Shown: positions 1 through 13,599, counted from the first letter of the stretch. The stretch: DNA of 64,000 nt from Rhodosorus marinus CCMP1338 (GCA_029953675.1 JAMWBK010000005.1:2790001-2854000), one strand, 5' to 3'. Translations and numbers: made by a program. Notes: generated by a model not told the origin, from the sequence alone.

Positions 1-472
1 TCCAAAGCTCAGCCTCGAAACCTGGAACACGTCATAAAAATTCAGATTCTCCCATCATAATACTCCGCAAATTTCCTATTTCAAAAAATCTCCGATGGCC
101 TCACCTTTAGCCCGCTCCGTCCAAGATATCTATACTCCATCTCCGTAAACCAATCCCCAAAAAGCGGCAAAACTCAATTAACTCTCTCTGTCTGACTTTC
201 CTCCTCTAAAACAATCTTAACTTCAAGCAGTACCCAAGATTTCCGTACACGGATCCCAAAGCTCAACCTATATACCCCTCCAATCCCTTCTAACCATCTT
301 TTACCAAAATCGCCAACGACCAAATACCAAAACGATCTCTCCATACCCCCAAAAAACTACAAAAAACAACGAATCTTCCCAAACGGGAAATCAAGTTCAA
401 TCATAATCCTCCCATTATTCAATCAAAATATTGTACTATTTGAAAGAAATTATTATATTGACTGATCTCGAC

Positions 473-805
473 TAGCTCGAACCAATAGGAAGGACTGGCA
501 GCGGAAAAATTCCGCACAGCTGTTTTTTTTGGCAAAGGTTTCCATCTTTGCGATAGTCGCGGGGGGCACGCCCAGAGGCGCTGGATTGACGCGACCGTGT
601 GAGCCTGTAACTAGCGTGGTTCATTGAAGCCGTGGGGTGTTAACCGGGGCTTTCGAACATAGCGAGTAACTCTGGCTTTTGCAGCGTGACTCTGGCAAAA
701 GCGCAAGTGGCTCCGTGCGGGCTTTTTTGTTTCGGATGTAAAACGTTAACAAGAGTGGCTGTGCTGGTTCTGGTCAATGCGTCTCCTTCCTATTGGTTTG
801 AGCTA
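473..805. mobile_element. MITE candidate (Tc1/mariner- or Stowaway-like)
   Basis: 22-bp inverted repeat, TAGCTCGAACCAATAGGAAGGA (473-494) vs TCCTTCCTATTGGTTTGAGCTA (784-805), 21/22 match. The outermost TA could be a TA target-site duplication. No ORF inside. Confidence 0.5.
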
Positions 806-1113
806 AGAAAACCCCTTGCGACTATTAAGCACATACTGTAGGAAGTAGCGCGAATCAGGGCTTCCCTTGTATACGCCTGGTTGCTGTGGTTCTGTCCATG
901 AGCAGACCTTGTTCACGGGAATTACAGGGGATAAATTTTAATCAATCGAATAAAATTATCGAGCGCGATGGAAGAGTGACAAAGAATTGGTCTCTTTCAT
1001 CTAAGGTGAGGAGTAGTGAGAGTTTTTAGGCTGCTTGCAACAGCATTGTTCCATGGTTTCCTCGTCGCATAGTACGCTTCATGAGCGCTCTAGGGCGAGC
1101 GATTTGATGCCAC

Positions 1114-1318
1114 AAATCGTTGTTGTGGACTTGGACCTGAGTTGTTGTTCTGTCCATGAGCGAGATAAGGACCAAAGCCTGAAGAGTTTTAGCTCCATGG
1201 AGTGGGGTGGAACTGCCAACTCTGGCCCTAGAGTATTTATTGGGAGCGATCTATTCCCGTGAATCGCTGTTGGGGACTTGGACCGGAGTTGTTGTCCAGT
1301 CGATGAGTGACATAAGGA
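1114..1318 (+). repeat. Degenerate direct repeat, ~57-bp core with ~148-bp period
   Basis: AATCGTTGTTGTGGACTTGGACCTGAGTTGTTGTTCTGTCCATGAG... (1114-1171) vs AATCGCTGTTGGGGACTTGGACCGGAGTTGTTGTCCAGTCGATGAG... (1262-1318). A partial third copy lies near 879-903. Confidence 0.65.
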
Positions 1319-1879
1319 TACGACAAGTCCTATAGATTATGTGCATAGGAGGTTAAGACGCTACCATTAAACAGACAATTCAAAAGCTTTGCTGGGTAGG
1401 GATTGTGATACATTTATTTTAAATGTTTATTATTCGTTGAATGTGGGCCCCACATCGCGGTGCGTTCATTGAAAACTGAGTAGATTATGAGGTGGTGGTT
1501 TTACTAGTGGATTTTGAGGCGGAACGCAAAATAAAACCCTTTGACCTTTTCTTCTATTCTGCAACCATCCTCGTTTCTTTGAATATGTTCACTGGGCGTG
1601 CGTCGAATGTTCTGGAGGCTGTTCTCTGCCGGACGAACCCGACAATGTGTGGTTCGTTTCTAGGCTCGTGCAAGCGTTTTGACAGCGCTGTCAAGCACAA
1701 ATGCTCTAAATAGCTGCGGTGTTAATATCCCCTAGACATCACTTGGCAAACTCGACTCAAACTTGAGCTGGTAGGATACAACGAAAATTTGCCTTCTTCA
1801 CGTAGTTTCTACGCTGGTTTATCCATTCCGTATCGGAACCGTCAAGCCCACAAAGCATGGAACCTACGCACAAACGTTG

Positions 1880-2090
1880 CTTCGAGATGAAGAAACTTCA
1901 ATAAATAGGTGTAAATGTTTTGCAACTCCATCGCCTGACTTGTAGACGTGGCGTGAAGTGGTGTTCTATTCCGTTTTCTCTCTACATTGTTGTTCAGAAC
2001 AGTTCTTTTAAACTACTCCCATCCATTATTCGTGCAGACCTAATGGAATAATTGCTCACAAGCATTCTATGCACTCGATGATAATTAAAA
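1880..2090 (-). mobile_element. Decayed Copia-like integrase relic
   Basis: Minus-strand pieces across stops and frameshifts: CTNNGWE*F (cf. RSDNGGEY), ENGIEHHFTP (cf. NGI.H..T.P) and SGDGVAKHL (cf. QNGVAER.N). Confidence 0.4.
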
Positions 2091-3937
2091 GTTCCGTCAA
2101 GTTTTAAGACATCGCCCTACTAAGGAAGCAGTTCCCTAATAGGAAGTTGGCTCTTGTCTCGTATTGAGATCCGCCATGAATTGAATTCGTATGTCTTTCC
2201 CATGTCTAGATGCTGGAGTATCATCTATGAGCGGTGTTGCGTTGTATGCAAGACAATAGTGAATTGAAGAGAAAATAGTCACGGATGATTGGAAAAGGCT
2301 GATCTTCCCAAATCCTCCTGAGATAGCGCGAAACAAGCGCTATCCTAGGACGAAACCTCTGTAGACCGTTCACCGTACTATCATACTTTTTCTGCTACTT
2401 GCTGAACCTCACTTGAGGTATACTGGCTTAAGGGACAGGACAACAACTCCGACTCATACAGCGCACGAGCAGTATCAGGACTCTCTCGTACACGTTAACA
2501 GATGCAGCAATCCCTCAAACTGATTTCTCCAAGCATCCTTCAAATAGCTCCAGCACACAACTAGTTTGGTCTGCAACCCCCCAAACCAGTCATCTCAAGC
2601 AAAAAAGAAAAGGCAAACGGACCAAAAACAAACTATGTAAACTTCAGTAGTTTGCTTGTATGTCGGCCCTTATCAGCACCCCTGTTACCCTTTTCATTGT
2701 AGCACGTGTGTTTTCCTTACTGAACTCGAACCGCTTTTAGTACCGCGTTGGTCTTTACCAAGTGTACGTTACGCGGTGGTGGGTATCCGCGCAACGTACT
2801 CTAACAGACTCATCCCGACGCTCATCGCCACCCGGCCCACCAACTTCTAGCTTTCCAAAAAAGGTTTATTGTACGCCAAAATACTGGTTTTAAAATATAA
2901 TTACAACTATCTTCCAGAAAGAAAGCTATTCAATTAATATCTATTATGAATTTGTAAATATTTATGAGTATTCTAAAAATAGACCTATGCAAAAACTCAA
3001 TTTTTTTCAAATTCGGTGATTTCGAGTGAAATTTTCGTCTGGGCTTCACTGTAGCACTTAGGTCGGTTGATGGTTTGATAAGGTGAACATTGTCGTCATG
3101 TTCTTTAATGAAATGAGGAAAGCTGGGAGTGGTGATGTTCTCCCCGAATTTTTTTAGTTCGTACGTATCGAGAAGAATCTAAAGGTACGAGTGGTGATAC
3201 TCTTGAGAACACTATTCTCTTTCACGAGTTGGGTTAATTCTGTCGGCTGAGGTTTTTCGACGTAGACCACCCGACAGGGACGATGTCAGAATGATGAAGG
3301 CGGGGCATTGATGAAAATCACTACGAGTGCCCTTTTTAAAGCGTTGCAGAGTATTCCGAAGGACAAAGTTAGCAATAGCATCACACCGCCTGTTCTCCTC
3401 GCAGCTGTGGGATCAGGTACAGATCCATCCGGGTTCTGAAGCTGACAGTTTTTCCATCAGGATGCCGCTCGAGATACCGTCTTTCTCCTGGTCTAGAGCA
3501 TGGTACGCATATCCTCCGCAATACGTCCGTAACAGGAACACATGTGGGGACGAGGATCGAAGTCTCACAAGCCAAATTTGCCCCATCGATTTCTCCACCT
3601 TGACCTTTCTATTCTGGTCTTTCTATCCTAGCTTCACATCAACCAGCTTTGTTTTTGGTGCCTTGTGCTTGGGATAGCGATAGTGGATGCGGAAGACGGG
3701 TGAAAACAAAATGAGGAGTAGGAGCTCCTCTGCTTCTTTGGATCGCCGGATGTTCACCGACCTCCTCGAATATAAATACCTGCACGTGGACGAACAATCC
3801 TCTCAAGCGTCCACAAAGGAACTCATTAAGAACGGAAACTGATAAACACGATTCAGACAACATTCAACGAGGATAACAGCTGACGAAGAGATTGCAGAGA
3901 TTCGAGTTACGAGAGGTCTAAATCTAATCGAGGAGAT

Positions 3938-4564
3938 ATGGAGAGAAGGGCGACGGTAACCTCAGCATTGTTGCTTGCTTCTGCTACGATTTGCTGTGCA
4001 GCGCCCTTGCGGTCGCGTGAAACCCCTACCTCCACCGTGGAACCGATAGCTCTCATCGAGTCTCCGACCAAGGATGTCAACTCTACTTGTGCAGACGACG
4101 TTACACGATGGAAGACGAACACTCTTGAAAACAGGTTGGAGTGGGATCTGTTCGACCCTTACGGCTCGCGACTCGGTGGGATAGAAGCGGTAGGCGTATC
4201 AAAAGATCCGGCTACTGGAGTACGAGGCATCCAGATATCTCTGCGAGTAAACTGGCCCCTCGCGGTGTACAGAGCAAGAATCTCGGTTGACACTGAGCAG
4301 ACGGAGATCGGGCCCTTTAACACCCAGGTCGACGACTTACCGGGTTCGGCGTTGGCTGAATACTGGGTGTCGCTCTCCAGTATCAATGGCGCCTGCTGCA
4401 ATAACCACGTCTACATTGCGGCCACACTCGTCGTCGAGGATACCATCAGTGGCTTCAAAGAATCAGCTATGACTTCCACTGCCCCCTATCGTACTGAATG
4501 TTCCTTCGGACTCAACTGGAACGCCCCCACCTGCAGCGTGGTCATGCTCTGTTACGATCATTAA
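3938..4564 (+). CDS. Secreted, Cys-containing protein of unknown function (208 aa, single exon)
   Basis: Uninterrupted ATG-to-stop ORF with a signal-peptide-like N-terminus (RRATVTSALLLASATICCA). Globular-looking C-terminal domain with CCNNHVYIAATLVV and paired Cys. Confidence 0.7.
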   Translation: MERRATVTSALLLASATICCAAPLRSRETPTSTVEPIALIESPTKDVNSTCADDVTRWKTNTLENRLEWDLFDPYGSRLGGIEAVGVSKDPATGVRGIQISLRVNWPLAVYRARISVDTEQTEIGPFNTQVDDLPGSALAEYWVSLSSINGACCNNHVYIAATLVVEDTISGFKESAMTSTAPYRTECSFGLNWNAPTCSVVMLCYDH

Positions 4565-5508
4565 GACCCTATAAATCTTCCAGGTTTCGTGCTCGTTGCG
4601 CACCTCACGACTTTTCCAGAGCTAATCCAGCACTTAGCGAGCTAGGACTCTGAATAAACCCAACAACCCATTCCGCTGCACTCTTCTGGACCGTGAGAGG
4701 GTCTCGAGAAGCCACACATCGGAAGCCATCGGATAACTTTCCTCTGTGACTTTGCTTCCTACACCCCCATGATGAGACGACGACTATTCCGATGGTTAGC
4801 GAACCCAGACCTCCACTGGAAAGAAGGCCCACGTGACGGTTGTGAGCTTCTGCTTGGTTTTTCAAGTTAACACGTGACTTGAGACCTTCCGAAGAGTAGT
4901 TTTTCCAGGCACCGTAGAGCATTGACGAATTCTTCCGTCGCCGCATCTTTTGAAGATGAGAAGCTGGTCGACTGATAAGCAAAACACAGTAGCATTTCAT
5001 GCGAATTGAGTCTCGCAGAGCAGGAGTGTTCGCCTTTCCAAAAAACTTCCACGAACGAGCCGGAGACCACCTGGGTCAGCAGGTGAAAAAGTGCATCCAG
5101 AGGACGACAATGCCAGGCACAGAGTTCGAAGATCAGAAATCATCTTCCCAAGAATCACACCGGGTCTAGCAGAGGTTGCAACGTACTACTCAACCGAGAT
5201 TTTGTACAAGGCGCTCAGACGTTTGGTTCTCTTCTGCTCGCGCTGCGGAGCGCGTGCTTCACACCGAAGATAATACCAAGCACACACTCTAGTACGAAAC
5301 CTTACAAGGAACTACGCCCAGGCCCCAGGTCTAGCAAACTTTGACTTGCCTGCTCTGATGTGACTCGTCAAAGCCTTTGGGTCTGTTCATCGATTTTCGG
5401 GGCTGTCGATGAAATGCTGGGGATGGAAGTGCCTCAGTATCCAAGGATTGAGGGAGCGGTGGTGAACCGGTCTGACGGATCAGATTAAGAGAAACTTGAT
5501 CCATAATA

Positions 5509-6853
5509 ATGGGGCCTTCATTGGTTCCCCGAGCGCAAATACCTCCGCCAATATGCTCTGATGTTCCTGGCACGTGGGCCTATGACACAATGTCTGGGAG
5601 GATTCGGACGACGATCTTGGCAAAGATTCCTCGCGAGAACGATCTTACAGAAGAAGCTCTGGCAAGGCTGGAAGATCTGGATGAAGAGCTTAAGAACGCT
5701 GGCGATTGCAAGCTGCGATTAATTCTCGACGATGGAGGTCCCGAGGTGCAAGATTGGAACGAGAGGATCTTGACGCCGTTCCTGGATCGCACCTGGCTCT
5801 CGGCTCCCTGGGCTGTCGCTGAATTCTACTTCTACCGTAGAGTTATTGAGGCCGTTGACTACTTCAAAACTCGAGAGGATCCGTTCCATCTCCAGAAGGA
5901 GCTAGGACTGAGCTCGGCCATCGAACCCATTGAGCAAGTTGTAGATAGGGTTAACGCAATATGCGGAAAACAGAGCTTCTCGGAGTTGGATTTTGCCGCG
6001 GTTGTGAAGAATGCTCTTTGGGGTAACAGGATGGATCTGAGCATCTGGCCCATCGGGGAAGCCTGCGCCGCTGGAGACTCAAACGCGCAACGTGCTGGAG
6101 ATTCGGCCAGAGGCCAGGCTGAGAAGATGATTTTATCAAACGACGTAGACCAACTGTGCACGTATGTGGCGGAAAAGTTCCCCATGGAGAGAATAGACAT
6201 CGTTGTCGATAATGCAGGATTCGAGCTGTTCTGCGACCTGTGCTTGGCAGACTATATGATTAGCTCAGGGATGGCCAAGTGCGTCACTCTTCAGCTAAAA
6301 GCTCATCCTACCTTCGTCTCGGACGCTATGGCAAAGGATGTGGAAAGAACGATTGACTTTCTTGAAAAGGTGAGCGAAATGATACGTGGCTGAACGCACT
6401 TGGCAGCTCCATTACAGAGTTTCTTATTGCGTCCGCCTTTTGGAATAACAGTTTGCCGATTCAAAGCCAAATGTGGCCAAAATTGGTCGTCGCATGAGAT
6501 CACACGTTGAAAATGGATCTTGGAAGCTTGTCGAGAACTTCTTCTGGGTACAACCCAACGCCTTCTGGGAAATGCCGGCCGATCTCAGGTCCGACCTGCA
6601 GCAGCAGAGCTCTCTCACCTTCCTCAAAGGTGACGCAAACTACAGACGGCTTCTCGGTGATTGTCAGTGGATATTTACGACGCCATTTTCCGACATCGCA
6701 AACTACTTCCCGTCCCCGATCTGCGCCCTGCGAACCTTCAAAGCGGAGATCGGTTGCGGCTTAACTAGATCATCAATCCAGGAAGCGAGTAATGAAGACC
6801 CAAACTGGCTAGTCTCTGGACGCTATGGAGTCATACAGTTCCTAATCACCTGA
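5509..6853 (+). CDS. DUF89 / ARMT1-like damage-control phosphatase (2 exons; intron ~6370-6466)
   Basis: Family motifs W..APW..AEFYFYRR, DPF..QK, LWGNRMDLS, VDNAGFELFCD, KAHPTFVSD, KGDANYRRLLGD, RTFKAE and GRYGVIQF. GT-AG intron joins the two ORFs. Confidence 0.9.
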
Positions 6854-7643
6854 TCCAATTAAAGAAACACCCAAGGACAATCATCCAATCCCTCTGCAAC
6901 CGGCCTTAAACCCATTGCCCGAATCCATGCCAAACCGAATCGCACCGACAAGAAAAATAAAAATATTTAATCATAATTCTTGTAACTCCACCAATAAATC
7001 ATTCCCAAAGAACCGATATTTCCAATAAAAACCAAAAAACAAATATACAACAATCAGTTTTATACCTTATCAAGCCAATTAATCCCTCTAACAATCAATA
7101 AAATCGAAAGATAATTATATATATTTAAATACAAATGTAAACTACCAATAATTTGTCATTAAACGGAATAAAGATTGATAGGTATTGTATTAAATTATAT
7201 TCTATTTATTTCTAGACAGGCTGTCCTGAGAGGAAGGAGGGAGTTGGAGTCTTTCGGGTTTGTCTTTTTGGGGAAGAAGACGAGTCGATGTTGGGGAAGG
7301 TGAAGGGAAGGGGATGCTTACCAAGATCTTATTGACTGAAGTCGTTCTTTCTTCGGCAGAGCCTTTTTTTTTTTTTTTGGATTCTCCTCTTTCGCTGGTT
7401 GGATCGGTAAGCTGAGTTTTTGGTATTTTTTTTTGGTTTGTCGAATATCGTTCGGGAAGGGGAACAAAGGTTTAGGGGAGGTGGCAGGCGGAGAGGAAAG
7501 GGGGAAGGGGGGCGGAGGGCCGTGGCCTGTGCATGGCTGTGGAGCGGGAAACGGGACTGGGTTGGGGGCTTTGAGGGGAAGCATATCTCGATTTTTTCTT
7601 GGAAAGTTTTTGCAGGTGGTAAGGACAAGGACGGCCCGCGACG

Positions 7644-8785
7644 ATGTTGGGTGTGTGTAGAAATGTTTTTTGGTTGTGGATCGTGGCCTTAGGGATGTCG
7701 GCGTCTGTTTCCGGGCTTAACTTTAGGCTGGGGAAAGGTGAAAAGCTTTGCTTTCATGAAATGACACATCATGGTAGGGTTTGATCCGGAGCGCTCGCTC
7801 GGTTTTTGTCTTGTTAGTCGTCACAGAAGGATGCTTTTCGGATCAGATGTCGCTTGTTTGGTTTCCGAAGAAAAACGCTTTATGGGACTACTAATACAGT
7901 TGCTGAGACTCACTTCTGCGTGCGTGCTCTTTCCAATCCCTTAGGCAACAGGGTTTTGGCTTTCTTTGAAGTTCTGTCCTGGGGGTATGGCTCGTTTGTG
8001 TATCTCCAGGTAAGGATTAACAATGAATTTTGTTGAACCGGTTCTATTTCCTTTCGCTGCTTTTGTCTTTATCATTGTTCGATCATTCCTTAGAGGATTT
8101 GACGTGCGCGGTACTGCTGAGACTGATCAAATGAGCCGTTGTCCTTTTCCTTTTTCTAGGTGGACTCACCTTCGGGGAAGGTCATGTACAAACAAAAGGC
8201 GCGATCAGAGGGTCGAGTTGACTTCAGTGCACCAGAAGACGGGGAATATTCCTTCTGCTTTTCCGGAGCGGAGAATTCCAAAACAGACGTCAAGTTTGGG
8301 GTGAACACGGAAACTGACATTGGCCTCCACGACGTTGTAAGATCAGGTACAGCACTATTGAGCAACATTGGAGAACCGCTCGTTTTCCTCGTTTGGTTTT
8401 AAGCTATGTCCACCGTTGACGCTTCCAATCTCTTATGATATTCGTCGTTGTAGAACATGTATCGGACATGACCTATTCAGTTGATCGTTTAAGCTCGATG
8501 ATTGAAGCCGCCAGGACGGAGTTGGATTCTTTCAGATCGCGGGAGGCGAGGCACAGAAAAAGTAGGTTTCCGCTACCGTCTCCAAAGAAAACACAAGAAC
8601 ATGTTCGTTATACCTGCTCCCCTAACTTCTCCCCCCGCATCGCGTTTGCTTTATCTCCAGTGGCCATAAAGAACGGCAGGCGCGTTGCCTTCTGGGCGGT
8701 GGTGGAAGTCATCCTGATCGTCGGCATCGCCGCAGCTCAGATCTTCAGGGTACAGCGATTCCTAGAAAACAAGAGAAGCGCTTAA
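7644..8785 (+). CDS. p24/emp24/gp25L (TMED) GOLD-domain cargo receptor, multi-exon
   Basis: Signal peptide MLGVCRNVFWLWIVALG, then F.LGKGEKLCFHE, SPSGKVMY, DGEYSFCFS, a coiled coil, and C-terminal TM VAFWAVVEVILIVGIAAAQIFRVQRFLENKRSA. Confidence 0.9.
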
Positions 8786-9391
8786 AAAAAGGGTTCAATC
8801 GGTAGACACTTAACGACTTCGATTACAATAGCGAACTGTGTCAAGAGAACCAGGGACCTGTACCTGCTCTACTCCCAACCCCCGCCCCACAAAAAAGCCA
8901 GACAGCTCTCAAAAGGAATGACTTGGAATAAAAATAGAACTATCCAAGTATCTAGCTCCCTCAATTATTTTTCAAAAACATGCCCTTGTTCCTTCGGTAC
9001 ATAAATTATGACCTATATATCCTAAATTTAGGTATTGCCCCCCGACCGTATTCATTGGACCAAAAAAAGCATTTACGGAACAAAATTGAGCTGATTCGAT
9101 ATATATTTGTTTAAATTAAAAAATTAGAACCTCGAGATATTGATTAGTCGTATAAGTCTATATTATGTTGAACTTATCCTAAGTTTAGGCATTGGTCCGG
9201 GGTGTTGTCCAACTGACAGTGCAAGGATGGAGGAGGGTTAGCAATGGCTTATGGGTTCCGTTGGGCGGGTGAGAGATGTGCGAATTAGTTTGAGGCTGGT
9301 CTTGGGTATAGTCTGGAGACGATTATCGAGTGTATTTTGTTTGATTTGAGAGATTACTTGGTAATTTTCTTGGAAAGTTTTGTGCAAAGTC

Positions 9392-10259
9392 ATGGCGTCA
9401 CCGTTGTGGTTGGGCGTTTATGGGGTGTTGTGCCTTGAGCTGATTTTGACTCTGATTCTGTTGGTTCCGCTGCCTGAGCGGGTGGAGAAGGGCATGGTGA
9501 AGATCCTACAATTGCCCAATTTCATATCTGGGTGGACGTTTTTCGTGAGATTCCTAGCGATCGCGCTGGTGCTGGCGGTGTACGACAGTATTCGGGTATT
9601 GTCCGCATTTCAACCCCTTTTTTTAGCCTCTATCCCTGTGTTCAATGGGCGAGACAAGTTGTCCTTTACTATCAACCACCTATTACAGCACAAACAGGAA
9701 TTGCGGCGCAGTGCTAGAGGCTCCAAAGGTACCTCTCCGAGTCAAAGCCAAAGGCTCACGCATGATCCGTATCGTTTCTCTCTCGTGTTTGAAAACTAGA
9801 CTATTAAGTACATGGAATCAAAGATCCTAGACGACCCGGAAACGTTGACCGGTGTGATGGCGAATAGCCTCGATCGTGAGAGGAGATTTCGTGCTCAAAG
9901 GGTACGTGTACAAGGTCATCGTGTTCCGCCCGATCACGCGGTTGTCGATGCCAACTGTTCATGGGTGGTGCTCCTTGTTTTTGTTGTTCTTCTTTAGAAT
10001 CTGTACCTCGCTGGATTTGCTTTAACCCTTCTATTCGTCATCATTCGGTTGGTCCAAATGATTCGCTCTAATATCAACCTGAGGGAAGAGGTACGGTTAT
10101 CGAATGAAACTTCCCAAAACAGCTCCTACGGGACTAACGGCGCCTGTATCTCTTGTCAAAAATGAAACAAAGCTCAAGGCCATAAGCTCACAGCAAAGCT
10201 CAACTGCCCCTAGTGCTGCGAATCAAACGACAGCGGGAACCGCGCGGAGGAGAAACTAA
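9392..10259 (+). CDS. BCAP31: BAP29/BAP31-like ER membrane protein (about 4 exons)
   Basis: N-terminal TMs (LELILTLILLVPLP), spliced YDSIR|TIKY and FRAQR|NLYLAGFALTLLFVIIRL, the BAP31 hallmark. Confidence 0.88.
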
Positions 10260-10437
10260 GCATGAAGCAAACGTCAGCCTAGTTGCGATATTCATCGAGC
10301 TGAAACCTTCCAGCAGCTGGACCCTGCTGTCAATTCTACAAAGAAGTAGAAAAGGGTGCCTAATATCGTCCGATAAGTAGCTGAGAAGGACGCTGAAAAC
10401 CTCTTCGAACGGCCAAAACGTCAGTATTATGAGAGAG

Positions 10438-11992
10438 CTAGTCCCTCTTCTTCTTCTTCTTAACGTCCTCCACCGCTGCCTGGGCCTTTCTTATCAAGAA
10501 ATCTTCGTGCTCTTTGAACCACTGGAGCGTCTCTGGCCAAGCTGTGTGCAGAATGCATAGCACTTAGTAAGCAGGAGAGAGAGATGTGCATGCCGGTTCC
10601 CCAACTCCTAAGACATGATGAAACTGCAATGCGGTTGTTTTTTTCTTTTTACCTTCCGTTGTGGGCTTTATGGGTTTATACCCTAGATCACGCTCTGCAG
10701 CAGAGATATCGAACCAGCGATCGATCATCAGCATCAGCACCGTGAACCGCTGTATCCTAGAGACCTTCCCAAGAAGCTTTGAAACGAACTCCGATATCGT
10801 TGCAATCATCATCATCACAAAATATGGAATCCTCTGCTTCTCTTTTATAGATCCATATCTATACAGTTGAAAACCAGTCACCACACGTACGAACAACTTC
10901 AGCATCGCTCTCTCGGAGTGAGCACGGTCCCTCAAGGAAAGCTATCATCCTTACCCCATGTACAAGGAAGCTTCATCGAGTAGATCCCAGATCTTATACT
11001 TGCCGCCATCAGTAACAATGTAAGAACTTCCAACGACAGGGGACCCAGCGTAAAGCTTCTCCGCAGCGAGCATCAGGGCATGGCAGTAGTTGTCATTGTA
11101 GCATATCGATATTTCGTTCTGGCCGTCCCCATATACACGCAGAATTCCTTTCTTCGATACGTACATGAGTTGGGGCATGAAGAGCGTATCGTACGGACCA
11201 TAAACCTGTGCAAAAAGGGATTCCGAACTTCATCAGATCAAAGCCCGCTACTGTTTCGTTCGCGCGCCTCTTGTGTGTGTGAACTTGACAAACAGACCTG
11301 GTGGGGCATAACACAAGTAGCGAGGAAATCATCGGTAATCGCATTCATGACTGCTATCTCTGCTTTGGCCTTGGTCCGTGCGTATTCTGCTACAAACTTT
11401 TTGGGCATCTCCATTTCCTCGATGCCCTTTCCACTGATCCCGACGCCGTGGTGGAACCTCGTTGACGGTGTCCCGGAAAGGACCATCCTCTTCACCTTGA
11501 ACTTTTTGCATGCTTCCAAGATGTTCATGGTTCCTGAAATAATAGACACCTCGTGGTTAGTGCCGTCGTGAAGATTCGCGTACGGCGCCCTTCAACACTT
11601 GAGCTGTTTGTTGATGAAACTCACCATCATAGTTGACCTCCTCGTACAGTTTCTTTGGATGAAAGGTTCCAACAACAGCGGCAATATGGAAAACAACATC
11701 AGCGCCTTGAATCACAGAATCAACGACGTCCTTCTTCCTGATATCCCCCTGGACGAACTTAACCTGCCCAGCACGAAAAAAGCGATTCCTTAGTTCCCGA
11801 GCTCTTCCCTATCGGGCCCCTCTAAAACCCTCGAATCCCATTGCTCACCTTCGGGTTCGGAACTGCTTGTTCAGGTTGAGGAGAAATATCGAAAGATATA
11901 ACTTCTCGAGCTCCACGCTCAACCAACATCTCTACTAATCTCCATCCAACGAACCCGGACCCACCGGTAACCACGCACTTCAGTCCGTCCAT
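10438..11992 (-). CDS. 3-beta-hydroxysteroid dehydrogenase / sterol-4-alpha-carboxylate 3-dehydrogenase (NSDHL-like), multi-exon
   Basis: Rossmann motif VVTGGSGFVG, NILEACK, catalytic YARTKAKAE, YGDGQN, ICYNDN, FDISAAERDLGYKP. C-terminus KKKKKRD resembles a KKXX ER-retrieval signal. Confidence 0.9.
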
Positions 11993-12256
11993 GATCAAGT
12001 CAACCAAGCTCCAGGCGACTGATCTTCTTCGTCTTACTCGTTCTCTCCAGAAACAGGCTCGAAAAAGAACAAAAGCAAAACCAGATCTTCAATATGTAGA
12101 GTATCTCTACGTCGGATCCACCATCCTCATCCACAGGATCGCCTGCTTTGTACGTACCTTGACCAGCTGGGCGTCATCAATGGATGGATTGATAGATTGC
12201 TTGGGGATGAATTCACATCAAAGGAGAACCGACGCATTTGTTGAAGAGACCAAGGC

Positions 12257-12331
12257 TAGCTCTCAGAAGAGTATTGGAGGCTTTAGTAGCTCCCAGAAGA
12301 GTATTGGGGGCTATAGTAGTTCTCAGAAGAA
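12257..12331 (+). repeat. 30-bp tandem repeat, 2.5 copies
   Basis: TAGCTCTCAGAAGAGTATTGGAGGCTTTAG / TAGCTCCCAGAAGAGTATTGGGGGCTATAG / TAGTTCTCAGAAGAAG. Confidence 0.85.
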
Positions 12332-13599
12332 GTCTGAGGGGAAGACTCCTATGTTGATGATCTGTTCTGAGTTACGCGCCCACAGCAAGATCGATCGTGG
12401 CATCGGGTGGGGTCAACGTTAGGTCTGGAGAGGCGATCGGCAAACTGTCCTTCTTCGGAACAGAATTTTTCCCCAATCGGAGACTTTATGGTGAGAGTAC
12501 GCAGCCTTGGGGTCACAATCATCTCCTCACAAACCGGCGAGGGCCCAAAGTCTGTGGAAATTCTGGCTACATTTCTAATAAGTCTAGACCAAACCACGAG
12601 CGGTAAGGCGTGGAAAGCGTCGATGGTACATGATTGGGACATGAAGGGCTGTCAATTTGCATGGATTTCTTCTGAACAGGATCCGGCTCTCTCGAGCTCT
12701 CCATTGATCAGCTTGATACTCGGTCCATCCTCCAGCTTAGTCGATTGGGCAATACTACGTTTCTGAGTGCTTCCAACTCTTAGGTATGCGGTCGGAGGGG
12801 GGAGGGGGGGAGTAGTTTCCTAGAAACCATCTGCAACGTGGTATCCTTTGAGCACTCCGATGTACAAGGCAGATGTCAGCCTCTAACACTTTTAGACTCT
12901 GTGCTACGTCCTGGTTGAACACTTCAAATTCTTCTCAGACTGCAAGAGGAGAAGGATACTGCGGACAGCCTGACAACGCTGCTCGGGGCGGAGCGCTCCC
13001 TCGCCAAAGACAGTTCAACCCGTTGCCAGACCGCTCAAGGGTCAGTATCAATCAATAAAAAGAATACTGACTAGATTTTCAGTCCAAACCCTTCTCATTG
13101 ACTTCATTCAGTCATTTTTTTCGAGACCTTACAAAATTAAATTACAATTCTATGTCTGGTCCCTATTTTTGGGAACAACACTAGTATGGAAATTATAGAA
13201 TTGTCAACACTCTAAATAATGAATTTATGAAAGAAAAAGGGGTAGTATGATAATTAGTTCTTTCAATTGATAAACAGATTAATGTATTTAGGATATAATT
13301 AGAAGGTTTCGGTTTGCAGCAGGGGAAAGGGGGGTAGGACAATTACTGTCATTGGAAGTCTTTCAGAGGGGGGTAAGAGTTGGCGGGGGACAACGTTTCT
13401 ACAAGTGGCAACTTTGTGTGAAGTGCCTGCAGGGTTATCCTCAGAAGCACCGCCAGATGAACAGTCAGCGAATATGCATACGCCTGCGTACGAGCATAAA
13501 ACCTCAGTCTGTACGAAAATCGGTTAGGTTTCTGGTATCGTAACGCGCCAGATATTCCAATGTGGTCGGGCGAACACTCCGTCCCGTGGTCGTTCACCG

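Noticed and set aside
4605-5273. ORFs upstream of the DUF89 gene as a gene or integrase relic
   Set aside because: No convincing motif, no skewed leader, and several overlapping short frames.
12050-13060. Overlapping ORFs upstream of the 3-beta-HSD gene (also 15500-16450 and 29490-29880)
   Set aside because: Probably decayed TE sequence, but no diagnostic motif was found, so no family call is supportable.
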